DNA of 64,000 bases from Amoebophrya sp. A120 (GCA_905178155.1 CAJINV010000008.1:2981303-3045302); one strand, 5' to 3'; counted from the first letter of the stretch, positions 36,821-50,734 are shown. Numbers and translations: made by a program. The notes: generated by a model not told the origin, from the letters alone.

Positions 36821-39800
36821 ATGTCAGAACATCGAGCGACGTCTGAAAGAACAACCCTCCCTGGCGGCGCGGCCGGACAGGTCGAGCCCGCGACGTTCCT
36901 GCCCGATGTCATGTCCGCGGAGGAATTGGCGACCGCCCAGGGGGCGACCTGCGTGTCGATTGTGGCGCGCGTTGCTGAGGCGAACTTGCACTACATGGGA
37001 TCGATCACCATGAACTCGTCCCTGGCGCCCCTTGGGTTCTTGGACGGCAGACTGTGCGAAATTCGAAATCTGACCCGAAACCCAGTCCTGCTGGAGGACA
37101 AAGACGAAAGACCACGGACGCGAGGTGGTGTAGTTGCTCCTGGTGCAGGGTCTCACCACGACAGGCATGATGCCCTGCTCCGTGAGGAGCGTGTCCTGCC
37201 GGGGGGGAGCGGACCTAGAAGGCACGGGCTCGTCGTCCAGGGGCACCAGACGTGGCAAGCCAGCACCAGCGACACGACAACCACGTCAAGAAAAATGCCA
37301 AATAGAACTCCAAGTCTACTCACTGAGGACCCGCAGGTACAGGCAGGGCAGAACTGTTCCAGTGGTGTTGGTGGTAGTAGTGTTGTACTGGGCCAGGATT
37401 ACGTTTACGAGGCATCCATGTTGAAGAATAGTGGCTCTGGCTGCTCGCTGTCGAGGTCGTCTACGGTTTCCAGTGGGCGGAGCAGCGAGGACTTTGATAC
37501 AACAACTCACGAAGCTGCAGCAGCGGCTCCTCGTATTTCTGGCGGACAGGGAGCAGAAAGACCTCTGTGCGGGGCGCCGACAGAACAACGAGATGAAGGC
37601 AGGTCTCGTTCCGCCCACAAAGATAGTTTTTTGCCCACCTCGTCTTCCTCCGCACAAGAAGAGCAGGAGGGCTTTTTTTTAGCCGGGCAGACGAAATCGG
37701 TGACGACGAAAAATCGGCCCCGCGCTAAAACAGACCACCCTCGGGGAACAAATTCCTCGCGAGTTGGGGCAGGAGAGCAGAAGTGCAAGAACTCACTTGG
37801 TTTATTTTCGCGGCGGGTTCAGCCCCCGGCTTCGTCTTCATCGAGGGAGCCGATACAGTGGGGCGGGCAAGGCAAGCAAGACCGCAACCTCAGTGTTCAC
37901 CTCGATATCCTCTCCGCCGCGATCACGAGGACCCCCGGGATTGACGAGGGGCCGCAGGGCTTATGCATTGGTCCGTAAATACGTCTGGGTCAGGAACATT
38001 GCCAACTTGTGATACTGACTCTGGAGAATCTGAATTACAAAAAAAGCAGTCTTTTGCATAAGCATGAATAAAGAGGTCTTGTCCATACCATGTGGCAGCT
38101 AGTTGTACGCGATGAGCGAATTTCAGATGCGGGATCATAACTCCCTCGCAAAGAACATACTGCTTTTATGCACACGACCATCGGACGATAAGTAGTAGAT
38201 CCTTTCTTTGTGTGGTCCAAAAGCTGCATAGCGCCCCAGCACGACCCTGCTCGACCTCCCTGCCGATGCGTTCGGAATGAGGAGAAGGTCGACGTTGTCC
38301 TTGCTCTTCGGAGCACGCAAGTTGGCGTGCGTTGCTGGTAACTTATTTCGAGGGGAAAGGGTCCAAAAAACGCATGGTCGAGGACCGGCGCACTCGTTCT
38401 CGAGATCCAGACATGTTTGCACTTTATAGGACGCGCGCATCACGGAATCGTTTGGTGGAGTCGATGGAGATGGTGCTGGCACAAAAAATGCCGAAAACAT
38501 CATCAGCGAAATAAAGACGAACGAGAGCAGTTGTCAAGAAAAAGGTCCTCCTCGTCGCCCAGGCGCTGGCGGCGCATCTTTTTCCCTTGCCGACCAAGGC
38601 GGCCGGCCCGGGGCGAGCCGTTACGGCCATGCGCTCGTGGCGAATAAAGCCGATGTCTTTTACACCTACATCATTGCGGACGATGATATTCCGGTTGGCG
38701 AAGTCTGCTTGAACGGCGCGGCCGCGCACCGGGTTCGCGTCGGCGATCTCGTGCAGGTCAGTCCCCTGCTGTACAATTGCTCGTCCGTGCCTAGCCGTTC
38801 TCGTTTTGAAGAAGTTAATTCAACATTTGGTGATGTCGCGGCACGCCGAGGATCGTTTTTCCACACCCAACACGGTAGCTCGAGTTCCACTTCCACGCCC
38901 AAACCGGTCGTGGGAAACCTGATCTTGCAAAGTAAAGACACGCGGGAAGGACTCGGGGTGGGTCATCGGAAACCTGAAGATCTTGTTGCCCCAACTACTG
39001 CCCCTACTACACCCGCCGATGGCCGAGTGGAAAATTTTCCGCTGGAACACGGTGTTGATGCTGTCGGAGCTGCGCGAGGACACCTTCCTCAACCAGGCCA
39101 CTCACCGCCAGGTGCTGCCGAGGTGGACGAGGAGAGGTGTGATTCGGGTAAAAAACAACAATTAGACCTCCTACGACCGCGTGAAGATGAAGTACGAGCG
39201 CGAGGCAGCGGCCCCGCGCCCACCTCCCACCTAGATGGAAGTTTTTGGCGGATAAAGGAGGCGGACGAGGGGGAAGTTGTACACGAACTAGTACGTCCGG
39301 CTCCCAGCAGCTACCAGTACCACCTCACAAGAAAACCCGACGAGGAGGTTTTGTTCTCAACAAATAAAACCACCAGGGCTGTGGTGGACCTGAGTAGGAC
39401 TTCAGGACGGTCAGCTGCTCCAGCAATGCCTACTAGTAATAGTGTGGTGCCTGTGGCTGGGCCACCAGGTCCACGGGCATCTCCTGCGAGGCCGCAAGTT
39501 GAAGTAGACGCAGATGATGACCGTGACAAGGGCACTGTATTTGTAGCAGGTGGGGAGAAAAGAAGGATTTCATTTGTTCCTTTCCCACCAGGCGAAATCA
39601 ATACATTACCCGCGAAAATCGCAGACGAAATTTCATTTTCCTCCCCCCGAAGTGCGAAGACCCGCACGCCCGACAGCACCACTCGCTCTTCCCCCGATTT
39701 TTTGACTGAGGTGATCGACCCTGATGTACCGCCGCGTGGCGGGAAGATGAAGGGACTTCTTGAAGATTGCGCGCCGGTTTGCGCAGCGGCGCGCTCCTCG

Positions 39801-42800
39801 TCTACGCCCCAAATAAAAGCGACCACGAACAAGGGGCCCGTGCTCCTGAAACTGGAACAAATAGACCTTGGAAATAAACACTACGACTCCAAACCGCAGT
39901 GGCGAAAGCCAAAACGGACGAGAACGCGAGGCGAGATTAGCGACGACGACGCCGGGCACGGCCAGAAAAATGCTTCTTTTGGGCGAAAGTCGTCTGCTCG
40001 TGCACGAGTAGAGGGACAACCGCAACTACCTGCACCGATCGGGCAGAACCTGGCGAGCTTTGTGTATGGGAAGTTGCACTGCTTCAAAATCACGAACGTT
40101 TTTTTCACGCGGTCCGATACCAGGGCGGAGCACAGGCAGCGGCTCGTCGTATGACGAGGAAAAAATGATCCCACCTTCTGACATTCATCACAAGCGTACC
40201 ATTTGTATCAATGCCGTGCTGCGACTTCTTTGTATAAATGAAAAAGACAGCACGACAGAGGGATGAAAAGGAGAAGTAAACGGAATAGCTGCTAGTGGAG
40301 ATCTGTTTTTCATTCGTTCCAGCTACTTACCTACAACAGTAAACTATCATGGCTGCCATGCTCAAAAGCTGGCCCGCTGCACGATGAATAAGAATATTAT
40401 AAACCTAAACAGACCTCGAATGCTCCTGCGATCAAGAATTTGTGTGAGACATACACACAGCCCGCATCAGAAGTGTTAGTTTGAATAAGGGGACCACGAG
40501 GCGGTGGGATTTTTCATTTTGGTAGGTTGTGGACCCACACCTCGCGCGCGCCGCAAACCTGCTCGAAAACAGCATTGTGCACTTGGTCAGCGTCGATTCC
40601 GGCGCACGGTGGGTGCTTCCTCTCGAATACGCCAGTTGGAAGCACGAGTCTGCGGCTGGCGAGATCTCCTTGGTCGTTGATGAGTTTAGCGATACCACCG
40701 ACATCCGAGAAAGCACAAAGGCCTGCTTCAGCATCGGCATGACGGTAATCATCATGGGGTACGCGACCAAGACCTTGCCGACGTTGGTACAACCGACCAC
40801 TGGGCGAAACCATGCGGGTGAGGCTGGTATCACCATAAAAACAAATAGTGCTAGTGCACCAATCTCAGAGCGGCCAAATGTTTGTATTGCACAAGTTCCC
40901 AGTGGGGTTAGGAGCTACAGTTGCCAGCTTGTAAGTACTTACTTACGTCGTAGTAGCAGCATCTTCACAGATTTTGGTTCCTGAACTGTAGTGAAAATCC
41001 CCATTCATGGTCATTGTGCGCGCGTGCTGTATAATTCCAAGCGATGTCTGTCATGCTAGGGCGAAGTTCACCACTGGCGTAGACTTTGCAACTGATAAAA
41101 ATGCGTCGTGTACTAGTTCCCGTGAGCTTGACGCAACACCAATATTGGCGAGATCATGCCCTCAGGGATTAATCGTAAAGTGGATGACTTCATCTATGTA
41201 CGTAGTACTATGAGTTGACGCCGTTTAAATTGTTTCGTGCAACTCGAGAAGATCATTCCACCCACCTGTGAAGTAAACTTTGCGAATGCAATGCAAACTC
41301 TTAGATCTTCCTGGGGTGTGGCACTTTTCATTTTCATAAGTTTAGGTTGGACGGAGATGCCGTTAGCTGACACCTCCTCTGGCGCTGACGAGCGGGAAGA
41401 AGAAAACCGGCCACATGCTGGTCTCGCAAATCGTTATGCTGCGGCAGGACACGTGGTATGCAAGCCGAAGGTCATTGTGCCCCGTGACACCAGTGAGAAA
41501 AGTCCGCTTTTGTGCAACAAGCATTGGCGGGAGCTGCAGACCCAATCCGAAGCCGAAGTCAACGAGAAGATGCGGCAATCGGGGAATTTCGATGTCAGCG
41601 CGGCGGTGATTGATGTTCCTCTAGAGGAAAAGATGAACAACAGAACATCCGAACGAATGGAGGAACAGATCCTCCCTCCGCCTGGTTCATTGCGAAAAGG
41701 AGGAACGACTGAAAATCTCGCTCTAGCCCCGCAAAAGGTATTGAAGACCCAGCACGCCATTGACACCACCACGCGCAGCACGCCAAGAGCGACGTCGCAG
41801 CGAATAAATCCACCGGCGCAACTTCTTCTCAACGGGGACTACGTTGATGGAGAACTACACCAGGAAGCCGTGCCTGGAGATGTTGCCGTACAGCAAGCAG
41901 GCGATGCAAGAGCGGGAAATAAAAGCGACGTTGACACAGACACAGCGACAGCAGCCCCAAAGCACGGCCAGGCGGAGAAACTACATGGGCCGGCGTTTCA
42001 GACTTCTTCTGGCACTAGCGCACAACAAATGCAGTGCGGGTACGCGGCTGCTGACGCGGCTGCTGTGATGAAGATGAACAAGAAGGCGGACGCGAAGGGA
42101 GCAGCACAAGAAGAGCAAGAAAGCGAAGCCTTGTTAGTACGGGACGAGCAGGAAGTAGAGAACAACTGTTTCTTCGAGTTTGTGCACGAGCAGCGGACTT
42201 TTTCGGTGCTGCGCGAAGCGGATTTCGAAGCCTATACCGACTCTTTTAAGCTCGAGCGTCCCGATTTCGACTTTGAGAATCCGGACGTGCTCGCTCTTCC
42301 GCACGACCACCCGAGCGCATTCGAGACCGGCGAAATGGTGCACTGCTCCTTCGTGGAGGCCCGGAGCATGTGGACCACCCCCACGCGCGGCCGGACGCCC
42401 GAGAACCGATCCAATCGTGTCACTAGCTACAAGCGCAACACTGCGTGCGTCAAGGAGGTCGCGCGCACGCGGTTCCTCTCCGCTGGGCGCGGCGACGGCG
42501 TGTATTGTGCGGCGTTCGCCAGCGATCGCTTCAAAACCGTCGCGCCGGATATCAGATTGAAAAGTGCCGCCATAATTTTAAAATAGGGAAACCATGTAGT
42601 TCGTTTGTATGGCAACGCAAGACTTACCAGCGGAAGCATCTTCTACCTTGCCTGTCTCAGCATCACAAGTTTTCTACAACCCAGCAGAAAAGCGAAGGCC
42701 GTCCGTGACGTTGCACGACGGAGCTGCAGTACAAGAAGCGACATTCGTTGCGCTAAAGCTGTGGCACAAGAAAATGCGTCGCGCTCTCTTCATGCGAGAC

Positions 42801-43122
42801 AAAAACCTTGTTTCATCTCCTGGAAAATTCGCAACACAAACATTTTGTCGACGTTCTTCACATTTTTTGTGGCGGAGCACTTTTTCGTTCGATGCCGGAA
42901 GTCGTGGTGGAGCAACACGGGGGCGGTCAGCATCGGAGCTCGACGCCAACGCGCACGGGCGGCAAGAATGCTGGTGTGTATGCGCCGAAAATGAAGAGCT
43001 GCGGTGGGTCGTCTCCAGAAAAATTATCCGCGACGGGCGGTGCAGGAGATGTAGGTGTAGCTTCCGCGTCCCCTTTTACGACGATTCGGAACGCCAGAAA
43101 TCATATTAAAACACTGCTATGA
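36821..43122 (+). CDS. panD: Tandem two-domain aspartate 1-decarboxylase (PanD)-like protein with large low-complexity insertions
   Basis: Domain 1: EANLHYMGSITM ... FYTYIIA..EVCLNGAAAHRVRVGDLV. Domain 2: GKLHCFKIT..VDPHLARAANLLEN..SGARW..CFSIGMTVIIMGY. Introners 37962-38428, 40150-40524, 40885-41344 and 42550-42894 all join in frame. Confidence 0.78.
42550..42894. mobile_element. Introner, TSD CCGGA
   Basis: Perfect TSD; TIR GAAAAGTGC / GCACTTTTTC; removes the apparent stop at 42586. Confidence 0.82.
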
Positions 43123-44930
43123 TCCGCTCAATCAGGTGCAGCTACGATCAGGACATGTCTTGTTTAGTTGCATTTATCACACAGTATCTTCTGAAAAAGA
43201 TTGTCATGAAAGAGCCGCAGCATGATCTCGATCGGGCCTTTCCCCGCAGGAATGTGCATTGCAAGTTCCGGGATTCTTAAACGGAACGAGAATCTAGTGA
43301 AATCTGTGCTGAGGTAAATGCGTGCTGCACGTTCCTCATACTTCTTATCACGCAAGACAAAGTCGAGAGGACTTTAAGATATGTAGCAATTGAGATGGTA
43401 GATGTAGTCACTCCTGAGTGGGTTATAACTGCAGGAGCTGGATCTGGGGCGAAGAACTTCCGACGTGCTCTACTCGACGGCTGTGGTTGGCCCGATCTTC
43501 GTGTCGTCCACCTGTTTGATATGAGACGGCATAACTCCGACTCCCCGTCGCCCTTATTTGTACATGCATTAAGAGCAAAAATAGTTAAGCTATACAACGT
43601 CGGCAAAATAAAACAAGATTGCAGCTGTTGCATGACAAACGTCCACAGGATGTTGCTGCTGCTTGGGTTTGAAACAAGAACTTGTCGTCCAAAGAACAGT
43701 GCAAGGTAAAGTGAGTGAAATTGTGGATTTGATGGTTTTCTGCATGACCAAGAAAGAGGGAGAGATGGAGCTGTCGTGCGCTTTCATATTGGCGGTCGAG
43801 AAACAACCTCTTTCACGGTATCGAAGACGAACTCATTTTTGCCCGACAATACAAGGATGAACACTAGCGCACCAGCACTTCCACCACAGTACTAGAATAA
43901 AGTTGTGCTTGGCCACTGCCTGCCACGGGAAATAAACGAGCCAATGGGTCTTCCAGCCGGTAGTTACTGTGCCGCACATCAAAAAAGCTCGGCGCAAGGG
44001 CTGGCGCTCTTTCTCTGGAAATAAGCTTGATAGAAACTCCAGTGGCTGCACGTATTTGTTGTAACTGTCTCATTCCCCCCGCCACCTCGCAGCATGGAGC
44101 AAGGCACAGACAGAGCTACCATGGGCTTTTACTCTTGGATAAAGTTGCACCGTCACGCTTATCATGTTGTTCGCGCGATTGTGGTAGTAATCGTGATCTG
44201 ATCGTTGCGGATTGCTCGGCACCAAAGGCACTTCATTTGTTCCGTGCTCAGCAACGACGGACCTGTTCATCTGTATAATCCTGATTGTTTTGTATGTTCG
44301 AAAAAAAAAGCCACTCTCGTCTGGCGCGAGAGAAAGTCGCTTATTTGGAAGGTGCTGTAGTTTGTCCATCTGCCTACTAGTTTCATTTCTAATTCTTCTT
44401 CGTGCTACTCCCTAGCCACCAATCTTCTTGTGTCAAAGCCTGTGCCCTCTCGTCGAACCAATTGACGAAAGTCTCATGAGTTGGCGCAGTCGATCACAGA
44501 ACGTTCGCATGAGCACACCTCAAGGCGCACCAATAATGATAGCCTTGCAATTGTTTTTTCCTGGCAGGAGCAGCAGCAGCATGTGCAAGAATAGAAGGCC
44601 GTGCATGAATGAATACGTCCGTGCGTGTGCATCTGCTTAGGACAGATAAAACAACGTGTTCATGTATACTGCTGCAGCGCTACGAATCAGGAGAGGTTCG
44701 GCAGGTGCTGGTCACGAAATCATGAGAGGAAGTCCTCGACGCCATGCCCTCCTTGTACCTTCCAAATGTAAAGACAAAGAACCCTCCACCGTAATAAAAG
44801 AGTTGACGCACCGTATGTTTACCATGATATCAGATGATGAAGAGAGTAGAACCGTTTTTCGGGGCATGAAAAAAAGCAAATAAATAACCAAGGTAGAAAA
44901 ATTTTTAAATTCAAACCATTCAATAAGAAG

Positions 44931-47920
44931 ATGCGTACCCCAAAAGTGCTATCCTGTGCAGAAACAGACCCGCGCCACGCTTGTCATGTTGCAAGTTTAA
45001 GGGACATGCTCGGAACGTCATCTCTGATGTGCAGCGCCATGTGAAGAGCAGTCAGTCTGTTGTCTACTGTTTTCGTTGTCCCCTACGATAATTAAATTTT
45101 GCTGCTCGAAGGGACAATAAGGACGTGGATTCACGATGCGCCTGCCGCACTAGCGAACGACAGTTGATGCGCTGCGAATCCAATCACACACTTGTCATGC
45201 GCAACAGCCAATGTAAGGTCTGGGTCTCCAGCTCCAGTTGCATTAACAAGCTGAACAATTACCACACTGGTCATGGTAAATCTTGCCGAATTGCGTGGTT
45301 AGGGTGTTTTTGCACGGGACAAGTGGTAGTCTTCGACTTGGACAATTGTTGCTGGGATCCGGAAATGTACCAAATGTCGCACGGCTCTCCCTTATGCGTT
45401 GCACATACATGAACATGATGCGCATGTTCCGGAAGGTTCAAGAAGACCGGTGCTTGTAGTGAAAGTGCAAAAATCTGGTCTGGCATAATATGCAATGCAG
45501 CTAGCTCTTCCTGCATAGATATACATGCCTCTAAGATAAAATGCAACTGGGCTGCTGGTGGTAGCCAGCCGTTTATAGGGTGCGGTACTACGCTTATTAA
45601 GACAGAATTCGGACGAACTGTTGTCATTGCTCATCTGCACTAAGGATGCACAAGTAGAAGTCTGAATCTATGACAACTACAACTTTCCAGACCCTGCCGA
45701 CGTCAGCACATTTGCAGTCGATATCTGTTCACCCACGATCCCAGCACCAACACATGCAGGAGTCAGCACGCGAGGGGCGAAACGGTCCGTCTCTTGGGCG
45801 ACGTGGCGGAGATCTGGGGGTTATGAACTGCAAAAGTATCGTACTCGTATAAATGCATTACAAATTTCCTCAGCATGAGAGAGAAAATTTGTAATGCGGA
45901 TTTCCCTTAAGAATATAGATTTGTAATGCAAGACTTGCATTTATACGAATACGATACTTTTGCACAGGATAGGGGTTTCTGCGTTACAACGGCACTCTAT
46001 GGATGTGTCAGAGTTGAAATCGACCAAGTTGAAATAATTTGTCATGCATAAAATGGATGCCAGTTCTTGGAACCCAGTTTTCAAGTGGCGCGTGACAAAT
46101 TTCGGCGGTCCCTAAATCCAGTTTGTCATGCTGTTTAGGCAAAGAAGAGCGATTTTGATTTTCTCATGCTATTTTAGCAGCTCGAGCTGTATTAACCCCA
46201 AACAGGCTCACGGTCGGCCTCACTTGCCTGCTCTGCTTGCAACACACGTACCTCGGCTCATGCATTTTATGCATGACAAATTATTTCATGTGCCCGAGGA
46301 TGATGGTGATGGCTTCGGTCCGCCTGACTCCACGACCTGGTGGCCGAACCATCTGCGGTGAGGTGCCCTTACAGGTTGTGTAGTGGTTTCGGTCGGTTTA
46401 GCATGACAAATTATTTCAACTTTGACAATTTCAATCCTGACGCTTCCATACACTCTGCGGGAGTACTGGACCCACGTCCTCGGGAGGGGGGACAACCTTG
46501 TGTACGGGCAAAAGGAGGAGCCTGGTGGCCCTCCTCTTACGCATATTAACCCCAAAAGTCGTGGAACTGGAACGACCACAATGTCCACGGGAGCATCAAA
46601 CACGAGTCACCACAGCCCGTTTCTGGACGTAAACTTCCGCCAAAGCGGCACGCGCATCGCCATAGCGAGCTGCTGCGACGAACCGGACCGGGCGCGCGAA
46701 CTGCTCGGCAAGTTCCGAATTATATCCTAGAGAAAAGCAAACGCATACCAGATAAAATTGTATTGCTATCTATCTTTGTGTTTTTTTATCTTCATGTTCA
46801 TGATGGTGTGAAAATGAGAAACTCTGTGATGTCGCAATAGGGAAGAGAGTGTGTGATGCAGGATGGAGATCGTGATGCGGACAATGAAGCAGAGAGGCAG
46901 ATGCAAGAATATTTGTTGTGATTCTGAACCGAAAAAAGTCTCTTTTTTGTTTACATAGAAAACTGCATCACAAAGGCGGCAAGGTCGGCTTATGTTGTAC
47001 AAGCTTATTTCTCTTGGCGGATAAGTCCGCAACGTGAACAGGAGCAGCAGCCCAGCCGGGGGCCTCGAGCAGGCCGACCCGTCGACAGGGACTCTGAGGA
47101 TGTCTGGGCTGAAGCGGCAAATGACAGAGATTCGCGGGGTATCCACTGAATAAAATATGTTGGGGTCCGGATCCGGAAGAACGCAGAAGTTTGTCACGCA
47201 GCTTTTTCAACATACCCCGCGAGGTCTGGAATCAAAGCCAAATCTAATCAGCATATTAACAGATTAGGCCAATGCTTCTCCATGCCTATAATTCCGCATG
47301 GTAAATCTTTTGTTCTGCGCTACATCCACCTGGGTGGAGTTATCCATCTCGGGGCATCGGCGCAGGGTAAATCTGTTCTAGCCCCCAGGCATTGGAAGAG
47401 ACTAAATCTGTGTAACGCCCACCCGCCTCCAGGAGGAATCGAACTACTCTTCTTATCAGTAAATGGCTTGTCATCTTCGCAACCGCATTGTGCTGGATAC
47501 TACTGATTAGCATGGCGATAGTTGGACAGCTTTTGTTGTTCATGCAACACGAAAAATTTGTCTGTCAGCCAGATCTACACTTAGCATGAGACCCAGACCA
47601 ATACATATATTTTTTTTTGCAATGCATACGGAGGCAAGAGGACGAAGACCCCCGGAACGAGCGAGGGGGAGACCTTAATAGAACAGCAGGAGACTATGCG
47701 GGACGCGGTCAGCTACGTGCAGATTCACTACGGCGCCAAGACCCAGCATCTGTCGCAAATACAGAAACAGTCTGGAGAGGACTACGAGGACATGATTTTT
47801 TTCGATGACCAGAGCGGTCACATACGAAACGTCGGCAATCTGGGTGTAGTTGCAGTGCACACACCACGGGGCGGCGTCACCTGGGCGCATTTCTTTCAAG
47901 CGCTCTCCGCTTTTCATTGA
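44931..47920 (+). CDS. MDP1: Magnesium-dependent phosphatase 1 (HAD family), 7 exons
   Basis: MRTPKVVVFDLDNCCWDPEMY, IAIASCCDEP, K..H..I, MIFFDD..NLGV. Introners 44950-45321, 45393-45723, 45822-45971, 45998-46450, 46723-47023, 47140-47628. Confidence 0.88.
45822..45971 (+). mobile_element. Family-B introner (150 bp), TSD GGGGT
   Basis: Perfect TSD; paralog of 29098-29242. Confidence 0.92.
45998..46450. mobile_element. Introner with ~50-bp imperfect TIR, TSD CACTC
   Basis: AGTTGAAATAATTTGTCATGC / GCATGACAAATTATTTCAACT; perfect TSD. Confidence 0.9.
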
Positions 47921-49399
47921 CACAAAAAAATTTGATAAGATTTTCATGGGTGCGGAGGGCTACTCCTTGGCCACAATTACAAAGATGAACAAGCAACATT
48001 GGAAGGGTGCCTTCCGTAGATATTAGTATTTGTCTGCGGTGCCATCGAGTGCGAATCTACGTGTTTTTGAAAATACATTACAATTATGCCATGCAGAACG
48101 ACGACAAGATACCTTCTTTGTCTTTCTTGGGCAGTTTCTGGCTCACCGTGGCAGCTATAGAGTGCCAGAGAAGCGTGTGCTAAATTGTCTTCCATCATTG
48201 CGGAGGAAAAAATCGATCAGAAGAAATAACTAGAACACCACACGAAAGATGAGAGCACAGATGACATGGTCCGGCATCCTCTGCCAAGCAAGTATTGTAT
48301 TTCAAGAAGATGCTTGAAGAAATGCGCCATGTTGGTATTCGTCAGGACGCACAGATTTAGGTATTGATTCAACGCGCCGCTTCCTTGCCTTTTTGCTACA
48401 CAAATGTCTTGGAACTCGACCTCAGAATGAAACATTTGCATTGCCAAAAAACGAAAATTTTCTATTGTTTAGAAGCAAGGCGACGGAAAGGAAGCACCTG
48501 CACTGGCTCAGCTTATTAGTCCTGAGCGTGAGCGAAAGAATAATAAAGCAGGCGTCTTGCAGCTCCAGATGTTTCTTCGTCTGGGTTCGCCCCTTCAGAG
48601 GCTTTCAACAGAGGTGTTGCTTCAGTCTATACTTCTCTTGGGTATAGTACTCATACTAATTTGCAGAAGAACAGGGCCAGCGTCTTGGACCGTTGATATG
48701 ATTAACAGTTGCCCATTTATTCGGTATTCCAAATCGACATCCATCTTCTCCAGAGATATGTGCATTGGTATCGACTATTCCGAAAAAATGAATTGCACAC
48801 AGAATGCGCTGTATGTGCGGTTTAGTTGTGCTTGTCCGTCTCCACATCCTACAAGCTGTAGCGCAAACAAGCACCTCGCCGCGCCGTAAGTTTTGGAATG
48901 GCAAATTGGCACCAGGTTAAGGTTTGCGGCGCCGGCGCTGTAGAAAGAAATAAAACTGCGATGCGTGCCACAGTTCGTGGAAAAGTTCTTTAGCTTGCGT
49001 ACAGCTGCTTTGCCATTGATTTTTGATTTTGGTGGCTCGGTGCCTTTTTTCTCGTTCCTACCGCCCCAGCAGCGCCATGACGGCCCGCGCCTTCGAGTTG
49101 CCTTAGCCCTCTTTCCTGGGCGTTCCGACAATGGGACCTGGATCAGCCGCATACTATGGCACTGAGATGTGAGGAATCTTCGCCACCAAGAGCAAAACCA
49201 ACCAGAGCAGCTTCAAGCGCGCACGCGCCTGTGGTAGTGAGGTGGCGTAGCCCGTAATATGCCCGTCGGTCGATGTTAAGTACCTAGGTCTTTCGGGGCT
49301 TTCAGTCGTGACTGTCTGGACATCTAGGACTTCTAGGTCGCTCAGGACACAGAGTTGCGGCACGGAGAAACTCTGTTTTTCGATGAAGGTGGAAAATTC

Positions 49400-49900
49400 C
49401 TGCAGGCTTTTCAGCGCCGGATTCCGCGCGACGAGTCTGCCCATTCCGAGCGCGACCGTGACGGACACCGTGCAGGCGGACGCGAAACTCATGAACAAAG
49501 CGGACGTTCCCACGGTGGCGCCCGACCGGTTCACGTAATTAGTCATGGCGTTTCCCCTCTGGTTCATGAACTGCCAGAACGCGGCGGCCGCGGGACCCGT
49601 CGGCCCGTGGAGCAGCATCCCCATCGCGGTGGGTGCGTTTACGGGCACGAACGCGGACATGCGGCCGGGCAAAAACATCACCTCCTGCGTCACGGGGTGC
49701 ACCATGCTCTTCACCAGCTGTTTCGCCTGCCAGAAAGCGTCGTTCTCGGCGTCGGAGTAGTTTCTCCCAGGTTTCCAGCCCGCCAGCAACGCGAGCGCGG
49801 TGCGCAGCTCCGCCTCCGACATGCCTGTGGCGCTGAAATTGCGCGTCTTATTGAGAAAAATCGAGGTTATTCGCCCTTGTTGTGAAGCTGCAAGGACCGG
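49400..49900 (-). pseudogene. SFXN: Sideroflexin (mitochondrial tricarboxylate carrier family), partial or decayed
   Basis: HPVTQEVMFLPGRMSAFVP, FWQFMNQ..NAMTNYVNRS. No intact C-terminal half found; only an SAGAANL remnant near 48930. Confidence 0.65.
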
Positions 49901-50468
49901 AGACAGCAACGCCGTTTTATTGGGTGACGCGCAAACAGTTCGCCTCTGGAGAAGGAGGCGGAGCCTGAGTTGGGCACGGCGCGCAAGCGGATGATCCGCG
50001 CTGCACGAAGAACGTAGCTGCTTCATCATCATTTTCAAAATTGTCAAGCTTGCGGAGAAGCAAAACTAGGATACGACACGCGAGAAAAAAGCGCAAAGGG
50101 TAGACGTAAACTTCATCTTGATTGGCATGGAAAGAAAAAAAGCGCTGCGTCATGTGGTCGCACCTCAGCAGGACCTCAGTGCTCTCTCGCAACTGCTACA
50201 AAGCTCAAGTATCTTGGTCCCGACGAGTGCTAGGATTAGATAGCTGCTAATGCTGCCAAGACCGTAAGTCAGTGTTGAGTTTGTGCCATTCTTGCGAGCC
50301 TGTGGCTCTGCGGCAGAGCAAGCAGGTATTTTTGCATAGTTTGAGTTTGCCCTCCTGATTCCTTTCAATGTTTTGTGTCCACGGATACTACCATCTCTAA
50401 GATAAAACGACACAGAGTTGCGGCACGGAGACACTCAGTTTTTCGAAAAATTGTTGATCTGGTAACCA

Positions 50469-50729
50469 TATCAAATGCAAAAATGTCTGGGTCTGGAAGA
50501 GTCTGAGATTAGTCATGCATATTTTGCATGACCCAGGATGTCTGTAATGCACGACCTAGCATCACAGATTCTTCGAAGGCTTCCTGATACCTACCCCGCA
50601 TGACAAATGCCCTCCCCGCGTAGCAGAAACGAGACCTCTCTTGCTGGTCATGCAATGCAGATTTTTTATAGTCCAAAGTTAGCATCACAAGTTCCAACCT
50701 TCCAGACCCAGACATTTTTACATTTGATA
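50469..50729 (+). mobile_element. Family-A element (261 bp) outside any coding exon, TSD AACCA
   Basis: Same TIR and internal sequence as the 10547 copy; empty paralogous site at ~57403. Confidence 0.92.
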
Positions 50730-50734
50730 AACCA

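Noticed and set aside
43395-43860. P-loop-like fragment (VITAGAGSGAKNF)
   Set aside because: Imperfect Walker A, no continuous frame or splice pattern; at most a decayed remnant.
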